Source of the DNA: Candidatus Latescibacterota bacterium
GTDB lineage: Bacteria; Latescibacterota; UBA2968; UBA8231
DNA: 64,000 nt
Assembly (NCBI GenBank): GCA_964291625.2
Contig: OZ220089.1
Coordinates: forward strand, 2,592,001-2,656,000
Direction of reading: 5' to 3'
The notes below the pieces were generated by a model. The model searched no databases, was not told the DNA's origin, and saw only the letters and a list, made by a program, of their open reading frames with translations. Numbering within the stretch: the stretch's first letter is position 1; each line of letters starts with the position of its first letter. Of the stretch, positions 44,341-51,594 are shown in pieces. Position numbers and translations under genes: made by a program.

Positions 44341-47300
44341 TCACTGGTCGGAGAGTCCGACCAGCAGCCGCGAGTACTCGTCCTCCAGCGGATCGACCTC
44401 GCCCCGGAGGGCCGCCCGCGCGAAGACGATGCCCGGCCGCTCGACACGGCGGGCCCGGGCCAGCACGCCGAAACCCTCCGTCCCGGAGCCCCGCTGGCCC
44501 TCGCCGAGGGACTCGAACTCCGACAGGACGCGGAACAGGCCGCGCCGGGCGCCGACCACCCTGGCCAGCACCTCGGGCGCGGTGAGCCCCTCCCGCCAGG
44601 AGCGGCGGACCCCGAGGAGCCGGCCCTCGATGTCACGCACGAGTCCGCCCGGCCCCACCAGGGTCGTGAGCTGATGGACCGTGGCCCGGGCGCCGCTGTG
44701 ACACAGCAGGGCGGCGGCGCCAAGGTCGTCGTCGTCGTAGTCGCGGAAGCCGGCGATAGTCGCCAGGGCCTCCTCGGCGCAGGCCTGCCACTGCGGCGCG
44801 TCGTCCCCTTCCGGAAGGGCGGGCAGGTCGAGGGTGTGGCCGATGAAGGGGCCGATGGAGGCGCCTTCCCCGCGGGCGGCTTCGAACCCCAGCCGCATCA
44901 GTTCCGCGGCCACGCCCAGGGCCGCCCGCTCCCCCTCGGCGGCCAGCACCTCCCGCAGCAGCCTCGAGGCCGCCGCCCGCGTGAGGAGTCCGCCCTCGAG
45001 TTCCGGTTCCCGCCCCGCGGCCTCCGCGATCCTCTTCCGGCCCGCCGCCGAGCGGCCGAGGCAGGCGAGCCCGAAGAGGGCGTCCATGCCCGGCAGCAGG
45101 TCCTCCAGGAGATCGGGATCCCGGGCCAGGTGGGCGGCGATGGACAGCCGCTCGCGGGTCTCGCCCTGGGCCATCTCCGTGAGGGGGAGGAAGACGGCCG
45201 CCTGGTCGCCGTCGAAGTCGACGTCCAGCAGGCCGCAGGCCAGGGGGCAGAGGCGGATGGCATGGCCCGGGACCGGCAGGGGCCGGAAGGCCAGCATCGC
45301 CGTGGGGCTGACGGATGGAGCGTGATTGAGGATGATCCAGTGGGCCTCCATGGTGGCGGCGAGGGCGGCCCCGGCCTCGGAGAAGCGCCTGCTGACCGCT
45401 TCGGGATCCCCCAACTCGCGCGCCGCCAGCGGCCCGAAGAGGCTCCAGGCCATCTCCTCCGGCAGACCGATCCGGTCGGCCGCCAGGTCGCTTCCGGGGA
45501 CGATTACGGCGCGGCCGCTGAAGAGCACATTCTCATCCCGCCCCGGCTCCGGGGCCGGCGCCAGTCCGTCGTACAGGGCCGACACGGCGGCGGCCAGGTC
45601 GTCCCGGGCCGCGGCTGCCAGGGGCTCGGGAGCCTTATCCTTCAGCAGCCGCGCGAGCCGGGCGTTGGCGGCGGCGACCCCGGGATACCCGGCGGCCTCC
45701 TCCGCGTTGCAGACCTCGGACAGGGTCTCCCCCGGCAGCCACGGGTGGGGGACGCCGGCGGCCAGGGACAGCGTCGGCCCCGGGTGTGGTTCCAGCCGGA
45801 AGGCGACGCCCCCGGCGCCGGCTTCGGCGCGGATTCCGGCCTGCGCCAGCCCAGCCGCCAGGGCGGCGAAGGCGGGTGAGGGGGTGGTCGCCGGCTCGAC
45901 CGGTCCGGCGGCGGCCCTGCCGGCCAGGGAACCCGCGTCGCCGCGCCGGGTGGAGCAGGTGTTGGTCAGCTCCCGGATCACCGCGGGTGCGCCGGCCTCG
46001 GCCAAGGCCCGCACCTCCATCACCCCCAGGCGCTGGCCCCTGTCGTCCGGGTGGACGGCGGCCCTCAGCTTCGGGCGCGCGCGGTGCAGCGTGCAGCCCC
46101 AGTAGACCCATCCGGCCGTGGCCGGCCGCCGCAGGGGCGTGCCGCCGAGGGTCAGCCTGGTCATGCCGTCGGCGCGCAGGCCGCTGCCCCGAAGCAGGTC
46201 CCGCAGCTGCTCGTCCGAGGGCGCCTCGAAGGGCGGCACCACGGCGGGCTCCCCCCGCAGGAGGGCCGCGTGGCCGAGGGCGGCCTCCCGGACCAGCCCC
46301 ATGACCCAGCGGGACGGGATGCCCGAGAAGCTGAAGACCAGCTCCACGGGGGTGCCGTCCGGCAGCCGCGGCATCTCCTCGTCGGGCGCCACCCGCGACA
46401 CGACGCCCTTGACCCCGTGCCGGTTGCTGAGCTTGTCGCCGGCTTCGAGGGGGTCCGGGCAGGCGAGCTTGCGGGCGCCGGACCGGCTGACCAGCAAGGC
46501 GTCGTCGAAAGCGTCGCCGTCCCAGGAGACCAGGGCCGTGAGGAGGTTCCGGCCGCACCAGAAGTCCGGCGCCGTCGGCTCGAGGCCGGTCCGCACCAGG
46601 GCCGGCTCCCTCTCGGCGGGCGCCAGCCACTGGCGCATCATGTTGGCGCCCATGAGCACGCGGTTGCCGTCGTCGTTCTCGAGGAAGGGGACGCAGGCGC
46701 CGGAGATGCCCAGTCCCTCCGCGGGCTGCGCGTCGACGATCACCAGCCGGCGGCCTCGGATCTCCGCTCCCCGGGAAATCGTCAGGACGCGGCCGATGTT
46801 CGGTCCTTCCGGGGTCTCGAAGGGGCAGGTGCGGCCGAAGTGGGCCGGGGTGAACACCTCCTGGCGGCCGGGGACCAGGAGCCGGCGCAGGTGCGCGGCC
46901 CGGGACAGCCAGTTGGTGTCGTCGAGCCGCTCGCCGCAGGAGGCCAGGAAGGCCTGGAACCAGTCCCCCAGAGGCGCCAGGGTCCGCAGGAGGGACCCGT
47001 CGAGGGGGGTGTGCTCGGGGACCTGGCCCAGGCGGGCCTCGATGAAGGTGGAGAGCCGGTCGCCGAGACAGCCGATGCGCGCCTCGGCCAGGTCGTCGCG
47101 GTCGGCCACGGGAGGCACGACCAGCTCGACGCCGCCCGAGGGGTCGCGCTCCCCCCCGGGGATCGTCCTCGGAGGCGGCAGGCTGGGACTGGCCTCCGCC
47201 ACCCGGAAGACGCCCTCTTCGTCCGGCGCGGGCAGCCCGTCGTATTCGACCTCGAAGTCCCCCTCGACCGAGGGTCCGCCGAGGACGATCCGGCAGGCGT

Positions 47301-47427
47301 GCTCGCCGGCCCCTTCGGCGCGGTAGCTGCTCACCCCCAGCCGTGCGGCCAGCAGCTCGGGAAGGCGGCGGTGCAGGAAGTCGTCGAAGGAGGCCTTGTG
47401 CCACGGGTTGGCCGGCGTCGTTCTCAT
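44341..47427 (-). CDS. Miniature single-chain RNA polymerase-like protein (fused, truncated RpoB+RpoC; 1028 aa)
   Basis: RpoB motifs appear in order: HFGRTCPFETPEGPNIG, PFLENDDGNRVLMGANMMRQ, WDGDAFDDALLVS, GDKLSNRHGVKGVVS, GIPSR, GQRLGVMEV. RpoC motifs follow in order: clamp helices, FSGRAVIVPG, LNHAP, DVDFDGDQ, SGARA, REGL..GARRGL. Confidence 0.9.
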   Translation of the reverse strand: MRTTPANPWHKASFDDFLHRRLPELLAARLGVSSYRAEGAGEHACRIVLGGPSVEGDFEVEYDGLPAPDEEGVFRVAEASPSLPPPRTIPGGERDPSGGVELVVPPVADRDDLAEARIGCLGDRLSTFIEARLGQVPEHTPLDGSLLRTLAPLGDWFQAFLASCGERLDDTNWLSRAAHLRRLLVPGRQEVFTPAHFGRTCPFETPEGPNIGRVLTISRGAEIRGRRLVIVDAQPAEGLGISGACVPFLENDDGNRVLMGANMMRQWLAPAEREPALVRTGLEPTAPDFWCGRNLLTALVSWDGDAFDDALLVSRSGARKLACPDPLEAGDKLSNRHGVKGVVSRVAPDEEMPRLPDGTPVELVFSFSGIPSRWVMGLVREAALGHAALLRGEPAVVPPFEAPSDEQLRDLLRGSGLRADGMTRLTLGGTPLRRPATAGWVYWGCTLHRARPKLRAAVHPDDRGQRLGVMEVRALAEAGAPAVIRELTNTCSTRRGDAGSLAGRAAAGPVEPATTPSPAFAALAAGLAQAGIRAEAGAGGVAFRLEPHPGPTLSLAAGVPHPWLPGETLSEVCNAEEAAGYPGVAAANARLARLLKDKAPEPLAAAARDDLAAAVSALYDGLAPAPEPGRDENVLFSGRAVIVPGSDLAADRIGLPEEMAWSLFGPLAARELGDPEAVSRRFSEAGAALAATMEAHWIILNHAPSVSPTAMLAFRPLPVPGHAIRLCPLACGLLDVDFDGDQAAVFLPLTEMAQGETRERLSIAAHLARDPDLLEDLLPGMDALFGLACLGRSAAGRKRIAEAAGREPELEGGLLTRAAASRLLREVLAAEGERAALGVAAELMRLGFEAARGEGASIGPFIGHTLDLPALPEGDDAPQWQACAEEALATIAGFRDYDDDDLGAAALLCHSGARATVHQLTTLVGPGGLVRDIEGRLLGVRRSWREGLTAPEVLARVVGARRGLFRVLSEFESLGEGQRGSGTEGFGVLARARRVERPGIVFARAALRGEVDPLEDEYSRLLVGLSDQ

Positions 47428-47428
47428 G

Positions 47429-48034
47429 TCAGTCTTCCTCCCAGTCGATCCCCAGCTCGCGCCAGGATCGAGCGATCTGTTTGCGGGCGTGGTGGATCCG
47501 GGACTTCACCGTGCCCTCGGGTATGCCCAGCTCCAAAGCGGCCTGGCGAGTGTTCATGTTGCCGTCGTAGATCAGCCGGATGACCTTGCGCCGGTCCTCC
47601 GGCAGGCGCGTCACCAGGCCGCGCAGCAGCCGCCGGCGCTCCGCCAGGGCCAGGACCTCGTCGGGCGGAAGGGTGGAGGCGTCGATCATCCATTCCGGCA
47701 CCCGCTCCTCCCTCCCCTCCTCTCCCTCCATGGCGGGGGGAGGCTGCAGCGGCTGCTCGTGACGGCGCCGGACCGAGCGGATGTGGTTGAGGGCCAGGTT
47801 CGTGGCGATGCGCAGCAGCCAGGCGAGCAGGGGGCCCTCGCCCTTCCACTGTCCGGCGCGGTGCCACAGACGGAGGAAGACCTCCTGACCGACGTCGGCG
47901 GCGTCCTCGTCATGGCGATGGATGCGCCGCAGGTGACGCTGCACATCGGCGCGGTAGCGCTCGAAGAGCTTGGCGAAGTCCTCCTGCCGCCCCTCGATCA
48001 CCCCGCGGACCAGCTCCTCGTCGCTCTTCCCCAT
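47429..48034 (-). CDS. ECF (group 4) RNA polymerase sigma factor
   Basis: Region 2 'DAADVGQEVFLRLW..WLLRIATNLALN' and region 4 'LPEDRRKVIRL..AALELGIPEGTVKSRIHHAR'. Confidence 0.93.
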   Translation of the reverse strand: MGKSDEELVRGVIEGRQEDFAKLFERYRADVQRHLRRIHRHDEDAADVGQEVFLRLWHRAGQWKGEGPLLAWLLRIATNLALNHIRSVRRRHEQPLQPPPAMEGEEGREERVPEWMIDASTLPPDEVLALAERRRLLRGLVTRLPEDRRKVIRLIYDGNMNTRQAALELGIPEGTVKSRIHHARKQIARSWRELGIDWEED

Positions 48035-48048
48035 CCGGCCTCCACCCG

Positions 48049-48077
48049 GTTGACACCGCCGGCGCCTGCCGGGTTCA
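48049..48077 (-). promoter_or_regulatory. Putative ECF-sigma (autoregulatory) promoter
   Basis: The minus strand reads TGAACCC-N16-GTCAAC, then GGAGG, then the sigma ATG 14 nt after the -10 element. Confidence 0.6.
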
Positions 48078-49421
48078 CCGGGCCGGGGGAGCCGGTTCCG
48101 CGATGCAGTAGAGGTGGTGTCGTCCCCGCAGATAGAGCTCGCCGCCGGCCAGGGCCGCCGAGGCGCTGAAGCTGTCGTCGAGGTGGTTGACGGCCAGGAC
48201 GGCGGGGGCGTCCGCGTGGCTGACGACCACGGTGGCGCCGTTGCGGCCGGTGACGTAGACGCGGCCGGCGGCGGCGACGGGAGAGGCGAAGACCCGGTCG
48301 AGGCCCTTCAACCGCATCGGCCCCGGCCGGTCCCCCCCGGTCCGGGCGTCGACGCGGGTGAGGATGTTCTGGAAGTGGCGGACGAAGTAGAGGGCGTCGC
48401 CGTAGAGCAGGAGGGAGGGGACGTACGGCGCCCCCCGGGTGCGGCTCCAGGCGGCCCGGCGGCTGCGGCTGTCCTCGCCCTCGGAGGGTTGGAGGGGAAT
48501 CGCCAGCACCGCCTGCCGGTCGTAGCTGCTCCCCGCGAAGACGAGGCCGAAGCCGGCCACCGGCGTGGCGACCACGTTCTCCACCGAGAGCCCCGGACAC
48601 TCCCAGATCCTGCGGCCGTCGGCGAGGTCGTAGCCGCGCACTCCCCCGGAGCCGCTGACCACGACCTGGGGCCGGCCGCCGGCCTCGGTGACGATGGGGG
48701 TGGTCCAGGACGAGGCCGGTGCGCGGGGGCTCTTCCAGCGGAGGGCGCCCGTCCCCTTGTCGAAGGCGGCGAGGAAGGACTCCCCCTCGTGGTCCCAATT
48801 GACGATCAGAGCCCCGCCGGCGACCGCCGGCGAGCTGCCTTCGCCGTGGCCGTGGAGCGGCTCCAGGGGGCCGAGGTCCAACTCCCACAGCAGCTCCCCA
48901 TCGAGATCGAGGCCGTAGATCCCGTGGGAGCCGAAGGAGGCGACCAGGTGCTCGCCGTCGGTCACCGCCGAGGCGGAGGCCAGGCTCGCCGTGTAGTGGC
49001 CGCCGGCGCGGGGCAGGGCCTCGCGCACCACCCGCTGCCAGAGGACCTGTCCCGTGCGGCGGTCCAGGGCGAGGACGACGAACCGGTGGCGGTGAGTGAC
49101 CGGCCGTTCGTCGTGGCTGCCCGGCAGGCCGCTGAGCTTCGGACGCAGAGGTTCGCCGTAGGGGACGGCGGCGGTGATGAAGATCCGGTCGCCCCAGACC
49201 ACCGGCGTCGAGTGGCCGCCGCCGGGAAGCGCCGCCTTCCAGCGCAGGTTGCGGGTCTCGCTCCACTCGAGCGGTGGATCGGCGTGGGGTGCGGCGCCGG
49301 TGCCCAGGGGGCCGCGCCAGGCGGGCCAGAAGCGGTCCCCATCGGTCTCCGGCTCGCCGGAGGCCGCGGTCAGCAGGCAGCAGACCACCGCGAGGGCCGC
49401 GGATGGGCCCATGCGGACCAT
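48075..49421 (-). CDS. PQQ-like / BamB-like beta-propeller secreted protein
   Basis: Signal peptide; 'WPAWRGP', 'GHSTPVVWGDRIF', 'SWTTP' and 'FASPV'. Confidence 0.87.
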   Translation of the reverse strand: MVRMGPSAALAVVCCLLTAASGEPETDGDRFWPAWRGPLGTGAAPHADPPLEWSETRNLRWKAALPGGGHSTPVVWGDRIFITAAVPYGEPLRPKLSGLPGSHDERPVTHRHRFVVLALDRRTGQVLWQRVVREALPRAGGHYTASLASASAVTDGEHLVASFGSHGIYGLDLDGELLWELDLGPLEPLHGHGEGSSPAVAGGALIVNWDHEGESFLAAFDKGTGALRWKSPRAPASSWTTPIVTEAGGRPQVVVSGSGGVRGYDLADGRRIWECPGLSVENVVATPVAGFGLVFAGSSYDRQAVLAIPLQPSEGEDSRSRRAAWSRTRGAPYVPSLLLYGDALYFVRHFQNILTRVDARTGGDRPGPMRLKGLDRVFASPVAAAGRVYVTGRNGATVVVSHADAPAVLAVNHLDDSFSASAALAGGELYLRGRHHLYCIAEPAPPAR

Positions 49422-49423
49422 TC

Positions 49424-51520
49424 TCAGACCACGGGGGGCGGGTCCGCTCTCCGTGCGGGCTCGGGATCGGCCAGGCGCAACAGGTCCCGCCGGGCGGAGG
49501 ACTGCGCCACCCGCACCCGCAGGACCTGGCCGGGCGCGGCCTGCAGCCGCTGCCCCCGGGGGGCGGGGACGTGGCACGCCACCGGGCCCTCGGGCAGCAG
49601 GACCAGGTGGCCGGGCCCGCGCGGCTCGGCGACCACGCACTGCAGCCGCGCCTTGTCCCCAAGGCTTTCGAGCCATTTGAGCGTCCAGTAGCGGCGGCTG
49701 CAGCGGCGCACGCGCTCCGCCGTCTCCCGGGCCTCGCGCGTCTCCAGCAGGATGCGCTCCAGGTCCTCTGCCGTCAGGGGGTCGGAGCGCCGGCCCGCGA
49801 TCCACAGCAGCTGCCGCTGCATGGCCAGGTCGACGTAGCTCGACAGGGGGCCGGCGCCCGGAGCGCAGGCCGGAAGTCCGAGACCCGCGTGGGGGGCGGG
49901 GGACGTCCCGAGCCTCTCGCGCGGGGTCCCGCTCTCGTGCAGATGGGTGCGGAGGACCTCGGCCGACGTGGAGTCGGCGGCGAGGGGGACGCCGGACTCG
50001 GCGGGCGGGGCCTCGCGCACCGCGTGGATCGCGGGCGCCGCGTCGCGGCAGAGGCGGGCGATCGCTTCGGCGGCCAGCAGGCCCAGCTCCGAGTCGACGC
50101 GATCCTCAACCCCCTCCGCCGCCGGCTCCGCCCGTCCTTGACGGACCGCGATCCGGTCGGCGGGATGCAGTTGCTGCCAGGCCCCCGCCCGCCGCCGCCT
50201 CTGCCGCCGCCCCTCGGCCAGCGCCGCCAGGCGGCGCACCGGGGCGCTGCCCTCGCCGGCCGCGAGCGCCGCACGGGGCCGGGCGCGGCCCAGGGACAGC
50301 CGCACCTTCTGCGGCGCCAGCTCCCGGTCCAGGCGCACGCTCAGGATCAGGACGGGTCGGGCCTCGTCCGCCGTCAGCCGGCAGGCGTCGGTCAGATCCG
50401 GCGGCAGCATCGGGATCTCCCGCTCCAGCAGGCGCACGCTGAGTCCCCGGGCGGCGGCTTCCTGATCGATGGCGCCGCCGTCCTCCACCCACAGGGCCGG
50501 CACGGCCATGTGGATGTCGACGACGGTGTGGCCGAGCAGGCTCCGGCGGAGACGGTAGGCCCGCTGGCCGCAGCGGGTGACGCAGAGGCCCGCGCCCCAG
50601 CGTCGGCGGCCTGCCCACCCAGCGAGGACGGCCGAGGGGTCGAGGCCGCGCGCCGCTCTCTTCGCCGCCTCGGAGAATGCCACGGGCAGGCCGAGGCGGT
50701 GCAGCTCCAGGTTCTCGTCGGCGGACCAGTGACCCAGGCGGACGAGGACGTCGAAGGCGGCGTGGCTTCCGTGCAGGTTGGCAGCCTTCATCAGCCGGGC
50801 GGCCTCCGCGCTCGCCTCGCCCAGGGCGGCGGCCTCGAGCAGGTCCACCGCCGAGTCCGCCCCGACGGGACGGGGGCTGGATGGGTGCCCGTCGGCGACC
50901 CTTCGGACCCACGAGGCCAGCTCGGTCTGGCGGCCTTCCTCCCTCTCCTCGCGGGCCGAGGATGCCTCGATCCCCTCTACCGCCGCCGGGGAGCGGGGGC
51001 GCCAGCGGGCGCCGTGGCGCTCGAACCGGTGGCCGCGCCACAGGGCCCGGAGCATGCCGGCCCGGCGGCTGGCGTTCGGATCGCCGGGGTCGTGGAGCTC
51101 GACCAGATCGTCGAGCCGCCACTCGCCGCCCTCCGGGCCCCCCTCGAGAGCGACCTGCCAGAGGGCCGTGAGATCGACGGCGCCGCGGGCCTGCTCGCGC
51201 CTCCGGTCGATGCGGCGGAGGTCGGCCAGCGCCATCTCGGGGGTGTGCATCGACACGTACTCCGGGGATACGTCCACCACCTTGTCGCGGCGGAGGTGGA
51301 GCCGGCGGCCGTCGACGCCGACGACGTCGTAGCCCCTGCGGTTCTGCGGATCCCGGGCGAGGTAGCCGCACTGAAGCTGGCCGCCGCGGCGGAACTCGAG
51401 CACCGCGCCGGCGCGCTCGAGAGCGGGCTTCGCGCCGCGTTCGGCCTGCACCAGGCGCGCCACCTCCCGGCGGGAGGCGTCGTCGAGGGAGTTGGTCAGA
51501 TGTCGCGGCCAGCGGACCAT
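49424..51520 (-). CDS. RNB-domain (RNase II/R-like) protein with a degenerate active site
   Basis: 'IDQEAAARGLSV.L.EREIPMLP', 'HAGLGL....GPLSSYVDLAMQRQL', 'RRYW.LKWL' and a C-terminal S1-like region. The acidic catalytic DxxxxxDxDD motif is not visible. The start is the ATG at 51520, or the GTG at 51544. Confidence 0.72.
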   Translation of the reverse strand: MVRWPRHLTNSLDDASRREVARLVQAERGAKPALERAGAVLEFRRGGQLQCGYLARDPQNRRGYDVVGVDGRRLHLRRDKVVDVSPEYVSMHTPEMALADLRRIDRRREQARGAVDLTALWQVALEGGPEGGEWRLDDLVELHDPGDPNASRRAGMLRALWRGHRFERHGARWRPRSPAAVEGIEASSAREEREEGRQTELASWVRRVADGHPSSPRPVGADSAVDLLEAAALGEASAEAARLMKAANLHGSHAAFDVLVRLGHWSADENLELHRLGLPVAFSEAAKRAARGLDPSAVLAGWAGRRRWGAGLCVTRCGQRAYRLRRSLLGHTVVDIHMAVPALWVEDGGAIDQEAAARGLSVRLLEREIPMLPPDLTDACRLTADEARPVLILSVRLDRELAPQKVRLSLGRARPRAALAAGEGSAPVRRLAALAEGRRQRRRRAGAWQQLHPADRIAVRQGRAEPAAEGVEDRVDSELGLLAAEAIARLCRDAAPAIHAVREAPPAESGVPLAADSTSAEVLRTHLHESGTPRERLGTSPAPHAGLGLPACAPGAGPLSSYVDLAMQRQLLWIAGRRSDPLTAEDLERILLETREARETAERVRRCSRRYWTLKWLESLGDKARLQCVVAEPRGPGHLVLLPEGPVACHVPAPRGQRLQAAPGQVLRVRVAQSSARRDLLRLADPEPARRADPPPVV

Positions 51521-51528
51521 GGTCCCTG

Positions 51529-51580
51529 AGGGTATCCTCTCCACTTCGACAGTGTCAACCGCAATCCGAGGGCCTATAAT
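51529..51580. promoter_or_regulatory. Overlapping divergent sigma70-like promoters
   Basis: The plus strand has GTGTCA-N17-TATAAT (51552-51580) before the 51595 gene. The minus strand has TTGACA-N18-TACCCT (51558-51529), 8 nt before the RNB ATG. Confidence 0.45.
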
Positions 51581-51594
51581 CTGCGGCGGCCGTC

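Noticed and set aside
44341-47427. Reading the RNAP-like ORF as the housekeeping rpoB/rpoC or as a simple pseudogene
   Set aside because: It is far too short for the housekeeping enzyme and lacks ribosomal-protein context. It is also an unbroken 1028-codon frame whose deletions spare the catalytic blocks, which is not the pattern of random decay.
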